Assembly (NCBI GenBank): GCA_000708835.1
Contig: DF237625.1
Span: 1 to 45,172, forward strand
Length of the DNA: 45,172 nt
DNA from: Klebsormidium nitens
Lineage: Eukaryota; Plantae; Klebsormidiophyceae
Direction: 5' to 3'
The stretch's first letter is position 1. The number at the start of each line of letters is the position of its first letter. A program made the position numbers and the translations under genes. A model generated the notes under the pieces. The model had not been told where the DNA came from and made no database searches. It saw only the letters and a list, made by a program, of their open reading frames with translations. Below are positions 21,845 to 33,300 of this stretch, one piece after another.

Positions 21845-23480
21845 TCAGGCGAGCGCCGGCACCTCAACGCTCGCTTCCACCTTGTCGAAGTCGCACCAGA
21901 ACAGTCTGGAGGGGGACTTGGGGTCGATCCCAATGAAGAACCCGCGCGCGGCCGCGCCCCACTCGTCCTTGGAGATGGCGCCGTTGCCGTCTTCGTCGAT
22001 CGCCTCGAAGCACACCTTGGCGTCGGCCGAGAGGTCGCGCCCCACGCCCTTCTGCATCTTTAGGAACTCCTTCCAGCTCACAACGCCGTCCTGGTCTTCG
22101 TCAAGCAGCTGCGCGCGCACATATACGGAAGATGAATCAGATGTCATGAGAGATTGAGCTTGCTTGGTACTTGTCAAGCAGCTGCATAGACAAGAAACTT
22201 CTCAAATGTCAAGCCAAGATGTGTATGCCGGTTTTTGGCCTAGAGCAGGCTTGGCAACACTGAAGCTTTGCCTTCTTCAGGATTTTGGGCATGGCAGAGC
22301 CAGAGGACTAGGCTCTTTCTTGGGTAAATCATGCCAAGTCCGAAGTTTACTGGCGCCTTTTCACATGACGAGCTGCAAAACAGCAGAATGGAGCTTTCTG
22401 TACAATCGTGACCATTTTCAAACGCAGCAAAGCGACAACGCTCCAAAATTTGAGACCTGAAAGGTTTGACGCACTTACGTTGAACCACCTGTCACTGATC
22501 GTCTTGATATGCTCGACACAACCGGGTTGCAATGTGACCTCCGCCATGTGCTTGATGCTTTCCTTCTTGGTGATTGGGGGACCGTCGGGCATGAGGCCGT
22601 ACCACTCCCAGGCGTGATCCACCCCGGTCTTAAAAGCCTGCACCTCCTCAGGGCTCAGAGGCTTGGAGATCTCCGCAATGGTCCTGTAGAGAGGACAAGA
22701 GCCCAAGCTGTTTGCATTCGAACGTAAACGAAGCATTTTTTGACCCGTGACGACAGCGAGAACAAACACTGAACCTAAGCAGGTGACTTTAGCCTTTTTT
22801 GTTCGAATTGAATCAGCTGATGGAAGTGGTAAGAAAACTTTTAACAAAGGCTGGAATGGGACCACTCTTCAGATTCCGAAGTTGGATGACCTTGAGATTC
22901 AGAATGAGACGTGGGCTCCCACAGGGGATTGCGCTGCCAGGATGATGAGTTTCCTCAGATCCTGCAAGATGTAGGGAGGCAGAAACTGGGTTTTGTTTGG
23001 CTTGCGCAATACATTGTGAGTTTTTGGAAGCGAGAGAGTCGCAAACAAGAGCACTGGGAAGGCCCCTGTCAACAGATCTGCGCCCTCAAGGGAGCGACCT
23101 TGCTAGCTTAGACAGGCCGAAAACATTGTGCTCATGCGTGCCACTAATCAGAGGTCGATTCAACAACATGATGACAGCTGGAAACAACAGATCAGCTGAC
23201 AGTAGCACAAGAAGCCGCAACAAGTTGGCGCCAAACAGCCAGCATTTGACGGTTGGAAGAAGTTGCCTTGATGATGGAATCGGAGCTGGAGACATTCTCA
23301 CCTTGTCACCCAGAGATCCTTGTCGTTCTGACTCAGCTGCCCATTCTGGTCAATGTCAATGTAGTCAAGGAAGTAGGACATCTTCTTGAGCCAGAACTCG
23401 TTTGTCAGGTACACCTCCGCAGGGTAGACCGGGAAGTTGTACGGGTTGCTCGTGTTGGGGGTGACTGTCTGAGGGGCCAT
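21845..23480 (-). CDS. EF-hand Ca2+-binding protein of the sarcoplasmic calcium-binding protein / coelenterazine-binding protein / aequorin superfamily, 215 aa
   Basis: Exons 23480-23302, 22683-22479 and 22108-21845 join in frame (phases 2 and 0). The product has FWLKKMSYFLDYI before EF-I DIDQNGQLSQND, a degenerate EF-II GLMPDGPPITKKE, EF-III DEDQDGVVSWKE, EF-IV DEDGNGAISKDE and a C-terminal GFFIGIDPKSPSRLFW. Confidence 0.88.
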
Positions 23481-24733
23481 TTCTGCAGATCTGGAAGATC
23501 AGCCGGAAACCTGCGACAAGAAGAGAAGAATCAACATTTTGATGTGAGAGGTTCAATAGGAACAGCTGGAGCCAATGAGCTGGATTTTTGAGTTTCTGCA
23601 CCCCTACACAAGAGAACAGAGGCGTGCTTGCTTACGGGGAACTTTTTGGATCTTCCGTCGACGAGTCCCTGGAAGTTAGGACCAGCAGGTATGATCTGGA
23701 AGTTGCAAATGGGGCGCACACACTCTGGGTTAAGTTCAAAGCATTATTGCAGCCCACTTTTGAGGACCCTCTGAAAAGTGTTCTCCGAGCATTTCAGAAA
23801 GCTGCACTGTCTTCTAAGCGACTGTTTGGCTCCATCCTTGGGAAGGTAAAAATCTGCTTTCTGGGCTACATTCATGATACTGCAGAAGAGCAAACAAAAT
23901 TCTGAAGGAACCGGGAGCACAAATCCAAAATTACTAATTCATTTCATGCTCAAATATGGGGATTACTAATGCAGAACTCATAAAGGGTCACTAGAAGTTG
24001 GGGCACAGCATACTGACAATCAGATCACATGCTGTCAGGCCATGGCATTGACTGTCCTTCAAACCATGTCAAAGCAGAAGCACACGCAATATGAAACACT
24101 GAAGTCCCGGCTCCAAGAGCGAAAACAACTCACCTTTAGCTCTGTCTGCGACTTTTTCAGGAGGACAGATTGCTACTTGCGTGTTGGTCGACCCCGGAAC
24201 AGATCAAGCTGCAGACCAACACGCTGGCTCGCAAAGAACGGCTAAGTAACTTAACCTTAACCAAATTGTTGGAGTGCTTCAACTCTCTGGAAGCTCTGCT
24301 CCGGTTTGAGCTTGAACTACCGGTATTACAACTGGTGAGTTCAACGCGAAGCAATTATATATTTGGTAGCACTGTTTCCCCAGCTGCCGGTTGATACCAG
24401 CGCATGGGAACCACAGTACCACAGGTTCAAAAAGAGTCAGCTGGTGCTGATCCGGGCGCTAGCTAGCAGCTCTTACGTGGCCGAATCCTAGTATCCAAAT
24501 GGCTGGTCGGTGGCCAAGGCTACTGATATTTTGAGGTACATACGGTTGTGTGCTTGGCTGAGCCTGAGTAGGTACGTGAGGATACCGAGAATCTAACTAT
24601 GTAACGGCCCATGATAACAGCGGGGAGCGCTCAGCGCACCCTTCCGGGTACGTCACACAAATCATAATGTGACCACTGTGCGTATGGAGTCATGTCAGTA
24701 CGTGCGGTAGTGTCACGGCGACTCACGGGTGTA

Positions 24734-24775
24734 GCTACTTGCACCATATATCCCGCTACTTGCACCATATATCCC
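24734..24775 (+). repeat. Perfect 21-bp tandem duplication
   Basis: GCTACTTGCACCATATATCCC at 24734-24754 and 24755-24775. Confidence 0.9.
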
Positions 24776-24934
24776 GTCACAGGTTGCTTTAATTGATGGA
24801 TCAAGGATTCTGCCGGCCATACCCTATCTCTACATGTGTTCTCCCGGCCCCCACGTCAGCCGATGAACATGACATGCAGGTAACAGGAGGTTCACACTTT
24901 CTTTCGCGCCGCAGCCCGCTCCCCGCTGTGAGAC

Positions 24935-25470
24935 CTTCCCCGGGCCCCGGCCCCCGGGGCAGCGATTCTAGCAATTTTTACCCTGGGGCGCCTCCTTCGC
25001 CCCGGCCTTTGCCCGGGGCCGCCCCGGCCACCTCTTGGGGCTCCCAGGTCAAAGCGGCTATTTTCCGATATTTGTTTTTCCCAGTTTGAATAGGCTTTGC
25101 GCCTAGTTTATTTGCTCTTATGCAGCGGAACATATGATTAATAGGTAAGTCTTCTCGTAAAATGTCTATATCCGGCCATGTGATGAGAATTCTATTTGCC
25201 AAGTCTGTGAGGCCGTGCGAAACTCCACTCTTAATGCTAGGGGGGAACAACAGGGGCCAGTTCTCGGTTCCGAAATCTCGAGAACTATCGGATCGAAGAT
25301 GAATTACGAGAGATTTTTGGGAAAAGAGGGCATAATGTGCCCAGATCCATCCATTCTCGGACAAATCAGTATGATTTTGCCCCGGGGCGCTATGCGCCCC
25401 AAAGTGCGCCCCGTCAGAAACGCTGCCCCGGGGCCCTGAGCGACCTTTCCAAGTTCCCCGGGGCCCTGAA
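24935..25470. repeat. GC-rich tract with degenerate inverted ends, possible MITE or foldback remnant
   Basis: CCCCGGGGCAGCG (24952-24964) is the reverse complement of CGCTGCCCCGGGG (25421-25433). Several CCCCGGGGC motifs lie on both flanks of an AT-richer core, and CCCCGGGGCCCTGA is repeated at 25426 and 25456. Confidence 0.35.
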
Positions 25471-27358
25471 CCCAGATTTAACGGTCCATTTCAATTTCTT
25501 TCAACAACGGATCATATCGTACGTACTGCGGACCGTTGCCGAGATCCCCGGCATTCAGTGGCCTGTGCAGTATGACGTAACATGGTGAACAAATCCACGT
25601 CACATGATGCAGATCACAAATCGCCAAAGATCGACCATCCCGGCCCGGCGTACGGACAGTCGCCAAGGCCGTCAAACGGTCACTGGCATACACTCTACAG
25701 TCACCGTATACTGGTACCTAGCTGAGCCGAAACATACGCCGACTCAAGTTTGCAAGGATTCGAACTCGCTGTACCTGCTTCAGCCCGTCGCACCGCGGTG
25801 AGCGCTTTCCGAGGGCGCATCAATTGCACTACCGTCTGTAATTTGCTGTGTTTGACGAACGTATTAAACCACTGGTTTGACATCCACGAATCGTAGTTTG
25901 AGAGATCCGATGATCAGATGCCCATGTGATGACATAATCGACGCGGGCCGTCAACATCCAATCACTCACTTTTACGAGGAACGTTGACCATGTTAAGTAA
26001 ATAGGATCAGCTTGCGGAGGACGTCAGCAGTTCTGGGACAGCCAAAGCAACTTTATTTACTCCACACAACATTTTTGCAAGCTTGAAGATCCCCTTCCGG
26101 CTAGACTTCGAGATGTTCTTCTGTCAAATCTTCTTTTTCCAGTCTTCAAGTACTAACTTCCAAGGACCCTCTTCGAGTCGCATCTTTCAGAACACTGCGA
26201 GACAGCCAAATTCTTGTCCACTTCAAATTTTGCTGCTACCCTTGCTTATACGGCGAGTCTAGAACATAGTAGGTGCAAGACAGAAACCCCACCGACACGG
26301 ATTATCGACAAGGACTAAGAAACTCCCCCAGCCTGGCCTTTTCTCCTACCCATCCACACACCCAGGTTTGTACACAAATACGCATCTTCTTAGCAAGAAG
26401 CAATCTACCCTTTACTTTGGCTACTACTTCTAACCCTCCGATCTAACAGATGAACGATTCAGCTGATCCTCCCATATCGTCCGGCCTCACGCGTTACTTC
26501 GTTTCAGCTAGCAAAACACTTCCGTCTTGAGCCTTGTTGAGCCGCCATAGCGCCATCTCCATGCTCGTGACTGCAAAAACACGACCAAATCAACATTTGA
26601 ATGCGGGTAAACGATCCCGGGTCGAAGTCCTCAGGTTAGATCCTCAGAAGTCCTTGTAACAAGGATCCACGGCGACCGAAGTTTTCTCATCAAAGGTCCG
26701 AAGCAAGCGAGTATGCACGATTGCAGGGCTCACAAGCAGGGTTCGCCGACAGACACGAATGAGGTTAGACACGGACAGCCTTATAAACGAGTCAAGAAAT
26801 TATCAAGTGAAAGAGCCACGACTAGGCAAGGCCAAGCTTACAGCTTTGTCACGCAACCGCTCGCAAGAGTAGCTTCACTTTATCGGCACCCAGGAGCGTC
26901 GGCAATCTGGCTCCCGCCATCTGCACGAGAACGTTCTCGAAGTTTGAGAGTGCTCAGATCATCTCAGACCTGATCGCGAGTGCACAATTACTTCGTCGCA
27001 TCTTCTCTTGATGGACCATCAACAAACGCACGGCCAACTTGTCTCCATCTCCGTATATTGAAATGGTTTGGGCATGTATGTCCTATGGCTGCTTACGAAG
27101 CCCCAGACTGAAAAAGGCTTTGGAACGTGGAGGGATTCCCCGGAACGTGCGAAGGGCGACTCGGAGTGCCCGGCAGCCCATCGCAGCGCTTGGACAGATT
27201 GCCGTGCCGGGTTAGCTTGCGGCTAGGCCGGTCAAACAAGTTCTTTGCGTCTATTTTGTTTGCCAAAGAGAACTTTTCAGGCGGCGAGGTACATCAGATA
27301 CACAAGCTAGACCTGTACGTTAACGTGCGCGCCTGAGACCTCAGGACGAGGGACCCAC

Positions 27359-30300
27359 CTCTAGTTCGTGGCGCGTACGTTCCGTCGCAAAGCTGGGGAA
27401 CTGCCTTTCAGGGATTCCCTGTAAAAGATGTCAGAATCGAACTGAGCCCTCTTCTTCACCCTGGCTGTAATATGCAAGGCTTGATGTTGGCCCGCTCGGC
27501 CCATCAGACCAGCTACTGGATGGCTCAACGTTGGCCTGTTGATTACAGCAAGTTTTGTCGAAGTCAAATTCAATGGCTGCAGCAAACAGAAGACTGCTGC
27601 GTTCACAATGGCTTGCATCGGCTTTGCACATCTTTGATACCACTAAGATTCTTCGCGAACCGAGATACAAATTTTCTGCAGTCGTACTCCCTTGGGTTCT
27701 AGCTGGAAATTCTAGCTCTTGTTGTTATCTATGAACGCATTTGAAAAACTGCATTCCCGAGACTCGATCGTGATTGGCCTGGTCTTTGCGGGAAAGAAGA
27801 ATTGGCCATGCCTTGAGAAGGAACGACGTACGCAGCCAGAGGGATGGTCCGGTAACGTCGTCTCGAAGCGACGCAAGCGTTACGCCTCACCTCCAGCAGG
27901 GGTATCAGCGGCAGGAACTGCGTGAACTTGCGATCCGTCTCCGCTGCCTTTCGGACGTCCGCAGCCCACTTAGCCACTGAGGAGACGGTCTCGAAGGGAA
28001 GCCCGCTGCAGTGCATCGCCTGTCTAGGACACGAAAGACACTCGTGAGCTAGTCGAGGAAAAGGGCGACTTATCGTTGAAGCGAGAAAAAAGCCGTATAA
28101 CGTTGAGGCAAGCATACTGAAATGCGAAGCACAGTTGACAGAGACTAGAGTCTCTTGCGCAGAACGGAGGTACAACCGACTGACTTCTGCCAGTTTTTGA
28201 GCAGCGCAATGAGCCGAATCTTCTATGAAAGGCAGGTGGCAGCTGGAGGCCCCGAGAACTCTGATCGGTAGCTTAAAGGAGAGCAAACGTTGCACTGCAA
28301 CTCTCTTACAGCAGGTTTGCATCGGCTTTTCGAAATGAAGGGCTGTGAAGCCGACCATTGGCCCTTATGGCAGACAGCTCAATAATCGTGCAGCACTCTA
28401 GCAGAGCGCGGCCCCAGAAAGGATTCCTCCAAAGAGAAAGGCCATTTCTATCTTTAACACCCATAACTAACAAGTTTGAGCAAGGAAGACGAAACGCGAA
28501 TCAAGTAGAATCTTTGGGCGCTTGGCCGGTGTGGTTCTGATCGTAAACGTGACCAGAGAGGTTTTCCCTCAAACCCCTTCCCACTCAGCATAGCTGACCA
28601 GTATGCGATCACTAATCCGCTGAGGTGTAAGGAAGAATCACTGAAACCTAAGCCCCTGAAACTGTACGAGTCAAATAAGTTTCAACCTCAGAGCCGTGTC
28701 TCACCTAATAGATGTCGTCCCAGCTCTGAGGCGCAAACGGAATCAGGTGGTAGACAGGGAGCTCGTCAGAAGTCTCAGACCTGGAAGAACACATTTCCGC
28801 CCACGATTAGCCACATTTCTACCGTTACGACCGTTCCAGTCGCTGTGATTCGAGCCGACAGATTACAAATAGAAGCAAATCAGTAAGGGGGAAGGCCTAA
28901 GGTGCCATGGACGGCAAGCCGGCCTCGGACGATTCCCATCTCACAAGAATTCTACTGAGGCTGCGCAAGGATGTCTAGCGGAAACGAGGCACAAAAGCTA
29001 CTGTAGGCACTTTCCACCAAGAAAGTGCTTCTAGCATCTTTCCGTCGGTCTTCTGATTTTCGATCCGTTCCAGCCGACCCGCAACGCTTTGTTCGCGTCT
29101 GCCTTTAGGAAGCAGCGAACATCCGTAGCTTGCTCAACTCCTTACACCTGCGTTTAGCATGCGCTCCATAATCTCGTTCGACGGGGAAGCGAAACCGGAA
29201 ACTCTGCATCATCGGGAAGATTTTACAGTAAAAAGGGACTGATCGCGCAAGGGCGGTTCTCACCGAGCGGGGCGGAGGGCGAGGGTAGCCAAAGTCGGCG
29301 CAATATGGTCGACGGGGATGCCCATCCACGCACCGGGTCCCAGGCGAGGAAGCTGCAGATAAGATATGCTTGTAGAACACCGTTCTCAGCCGCATTCTTT
29401 GGTTAGGTGCACGAAAGTGAAGCTTGATGAACCTTCATTCAAAAGGCAATTCTTCTCAAAGGGCTGCTGCGATCATGATTCGCCTGGACGGAGCAAAGGC
29501 AGCAAAAGTCCTCCGCAAGTCCTGGTTTCAGAGACTACGATATTCAGAAACGGACGCCAGAGGTTTTGGAGCTCAGGTATGATGCACCATATTACGACAG
29601 TCAAGCTCATGGGACGGGAGCATATGCAGCACCTGATTTGACCGCGTCAAACGCTGAAGGTGGATCCACCATCATACTTAGTCCCTCCTCGGCCACACAA
29701 GTCTCCCTTCGAACAACGCCGTGACCTTTTCATCACAAGAAGGTTCAGAAGCATCACAAACAGCGGGACCCGGCTCACCTTTTTGAACGTTTTCGCCGCC
29801 CGAATTAGCCACGTGAACAGGTTGTCGGCGGAACCTGCACCCTCGTTTTCGGTGGAACCCACCACTAACCCAATCCGGTATATGAAGAGGGGGACGCTGG
29901 TGCCCTGCGCCGCGGCCGCAAGCGCCAGCTCCGCTTTCCGCTGCAACAACGGAACTGCGTCAGGCTGCGTCATCTCCAAATGCAGATCGTTACATGATCA
30001 GGCCATTCGTTCGTTCATGCAGCTTTGTCTTGTTCCTGTTGTGAATCTGACGTCCTCATGTTTTTCTGTCACGATTCCAACTTAGGAACGAGATGAAGCA
30101 GGCAGTACGCTTCCGAGCCATTGACATGCGGTCAGGGCGTGAGCCCCCACAAAGACGCCCCCGAGGACCAACCGTAAGAATCAATGTGGCATCTGCTGAA
30201 ACGATGTGACTGACATACTAGACGAGTCCCCCGTTCACGTCACAGCACTTAAATTCCTCTTACCTTGGTTAGCGCGTAACCCATTTGGTTTGATCCATGC

Positions 30301-33300
30301 TGCTCGACGAATTCGACTGCCTCTGGCATTACCCGCGCTTCTGCGTTCTTCTCAGTAGGTTCCAGCAGAAAGGCCACCGACACGCTGAGACGAAAGCAGA
30401 ACCGGCTGAGTCAAGTTTTTTACGGCGCTTTCTCGTCGTTCAGACACACTTACGTTCTTCTGAGGAACAATTTAAAGAATGTTAACGTCGACGGGACTTG
30501 GAAATGCACGTGGCCAGGTGCGCTAAAATAGAGGCAGGGGAGCGTCCCCATTTTACTAAGCTGTTAACTATGCACCGGGCTAGAACAAACAGAATATCGA
30601 TTACCGTTGCGGAGTCAGAAGAGACTGAACGAAGAGATCAGGGTGACGGAGATTCATCGACGTTGAAGGCAATGGACAAGGTCAAGAGGCAGAGCACCTG
30701 TTTACCTGGATGTGAACTGGAAGGGTTTTGGCGGTCCCACCCCTTGAAGGGCGAAGCGAACAATCTCTTGCAGGCTGCAAGTACAGGTACAGCTGTCAGC
30801 CCCTCGTACGAAACTCTACCAACAATCAATAACACAGCAGCGGACTTGCAGTGTAAACGTATTTGGCTTTTATGACCCCCAACTTAGATGTTAACTTTCC
30901 CAGACCCAAGGTGCTACCGTTCCTCGGATCCCGGAAGCAGCTATCTGTACACAAGCCGAACGTTTGAGTCTGCTGAGAGCCAAATTCTCTGCGCCGCACC
31001 TTTTCACATTGGCCTCCGCGAGCTTCTCGTACTCTGCGGTCAGGTGCACGGCTGCCCCGCAGTGGATTACGGTGTGAACGCGCTCTCCCCAGAAGCGCCA
31101 CTGGTCGGAAGTCATCCCCAGGAGCGGCTGCTGCCGGTCGCCCAGCACAACGACCACCCGGGCGCTGTCGAACCTGGAGGACAAGCACTTACTTTTCTTG
31201 CTTATCGAACCGCTGTTTTCCTTCTTTTTGTAAGTACCACAGAAAAGCCAAGGCTTTGGAACTTGAAGTTGTCTGCTGGCCTTTTGACCGTGTTGAGTTC
31301 AAAACGTTCGCGTTCTAAGATAGAAAGAGATTGAAGGCCGTGCCTGTGTAAACGAGCAGCTGAAGCCACCCTGTGAATTGCACTGCAGCTTCAGAATAGG
31401 GATCTCTTCGCTTTTGATATGCATTTCTGCTGAACCCGGTAACACGGATTTGCGAAATCGAAGAACGATTTGAAGAGTTTAAAGTAGCCAAAAATTTCAG
31501 GTACTTCGCCTGGTCTCGGCTTCCACTCTCGATTCGCGGATTGTTTGAAAAGCTTCTGAAGACAGTGCATTCAGTAGACACCAGCAAGCCTAGCGCAGGT
31601 TTCGGTTCGACTTCCGTTCTCCTTCCGGATCCTCACCGGGTGCCGGATTCCCGCCCCTTGCTCGTCCGCAGTAGAGCTTGCTGCAGCCGGGACTGGCAGG
31701 CGGCGACCGAGGGCCCCCAAACCAGGCACACCACGGTCGCCACCTCGTCTGCTGGGCGGCTCAAGAGATCCTGCAGGGCTCGAGGTTTTGAGGTTTTTGA
31801 GCGTTTAGAGTATAGGCCTATGAAAAATTCGAGGACCGCATTAAATTCGAGGACAGCATTCGCGATTTCTGGATAAACAGCCGTTCGCTGGGCTAGTCGC
31901 TTCATAGGAAGCGAACGGACACTGAGAGGTTCGCTCGAAATGCTTGATAAGCTGTGGATTATGCACGTCCATTCAAGAAAAGACCGCACGCGTGTGCAGT
32001 GCCATTAGAGGGCTGATAGAAAGCCATTCTTGAGCTCCACGATTGCGGCAACGTTTTTGCTGGCCCGCTCTGCCTTTCGGTCGCTCCTCAACTCACTTGT
32101 AATACGTGCGAGCCGATGAACCCAGTAGCGCCCGTCAGAAGGATAACGGTGCCCTTGACCTCAGACAGGCCGTCCGAAATGTGGTTCGGGAGAGTACCAG
32201 GGACCTGCGCACAGCAAGGCTGGGGCTTATTTCAACTTTCGCTTCGTTTCCAAAAAGAAAGCAACGCAAAAACGGGGAGGTTCAGAAAGACTGAAAAACG
32301 TCACACGAAAGAAACGAGCGCCGTATTTTCATCCCGCATGTGCTCAATCATGCAAGAAGGAGAACCATCAAGATATGTCAGGCTTCTCTCCGACTCGAGG
32401 TGAAATGGTTAGCGCACATGGAGCATGTCGGCGTCAGCGATTGAGAAGCAAGAAGAGAGCGGAAGTACTGGGCCGACGAATGTAAGAGCCCTCGAGTTCG
32501 CTCACTTGGTTGCGAACTCTACCTTCGCAAAATCTTCAACTTTCAACGCTACTTGTGATATCTAACATTGATCTTACGAGGCGGCCCGGAAAAGCTACTT
32601 GTGATATCTAACATTGATCTTACGAGGCGGCCCGGAAAGTTCACTTGCTATGAAGAGAACTTCGGTGGTTCACTCAAGAATCTTTCTAGCGAAAGGATGT
32701 AACTTCAATCTCTGAAAAGGATCTTTCTGTAAGGAACATCTATCTTACGTCAGGACAACATCAGCTTGCTCGCTTGAGGCGGATACTCTCACCGGTCCGT
32801 TTGATTGCGCTGCATGCTTGGTCTTCGTTTGCATGGCAGCGGCTGCCCACTCGGCGAGGGCGACCACGTCAGGAACGTCCTCGTACAGCATGGTCGCCGG
32901 AAGGGGGACCCCCACGAACTCGGAGATTAACTGCGCCAAATGACACATTGGATTTGAAAGTAGAACTGGATTGAGATAAAATCAAACTTCTGACTTTGGC
33001 GAAAGAGAGGAGAGATTGCGGAGAAGAACCCAGCTCTTTGAATTTGGATTGCGCATACTGCATGGACGCTCGTTCTACCTCATACAATAGCTTCTTCACA
33101 GCCTTCAAGATAAGACTGCCCAGAAAGCAAAGGCAGTTTTTGAAACCTGAAAACAAATCTACGTCATCTGAACGCGTAAAGTCAGGACTTCTATCAGACT
33201 AGATTTGGCTACCGCAGGGCCTAAGGAGGTTCTTGATTACAAAACTGGGCGCTCTGAAATCACCCTCAGAAGAAGTGCCCGAGAAACTTTACCTTGGCCA

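Noticed and set aside
21845-23480. Calling the EF-hand protein an aequorin/obelin-type photoprotein
   Set aside because: By my alignment the positions of aequorin His16, His169 and Trp173 are Met, Ala and Phe, and there is no C-terminal Pro. The pattern matches non-luminescent SCP/CBP members.
24179-24224. 11-bp inverted repeat GCGTGTTGGTC / GACCAACACGC with a 24-nt loop
   Set aside because: A stem of this length with a loop under 30 nt is expected by chance about 0.3 times in 45 kb.
25900-27100. Possible transposon or retroelement coding remnant
   Set aside because: All frames are interrupted, and I could not identify RT, integrase or transposase motifs.
24734-32638. Both tandem duplications start with GCTACTTG (CRISPR-like or shared mechanism?)
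   Set aside because: Only two units each, no spacers and different sequence beyond 8 nt. Treated as coincidence.
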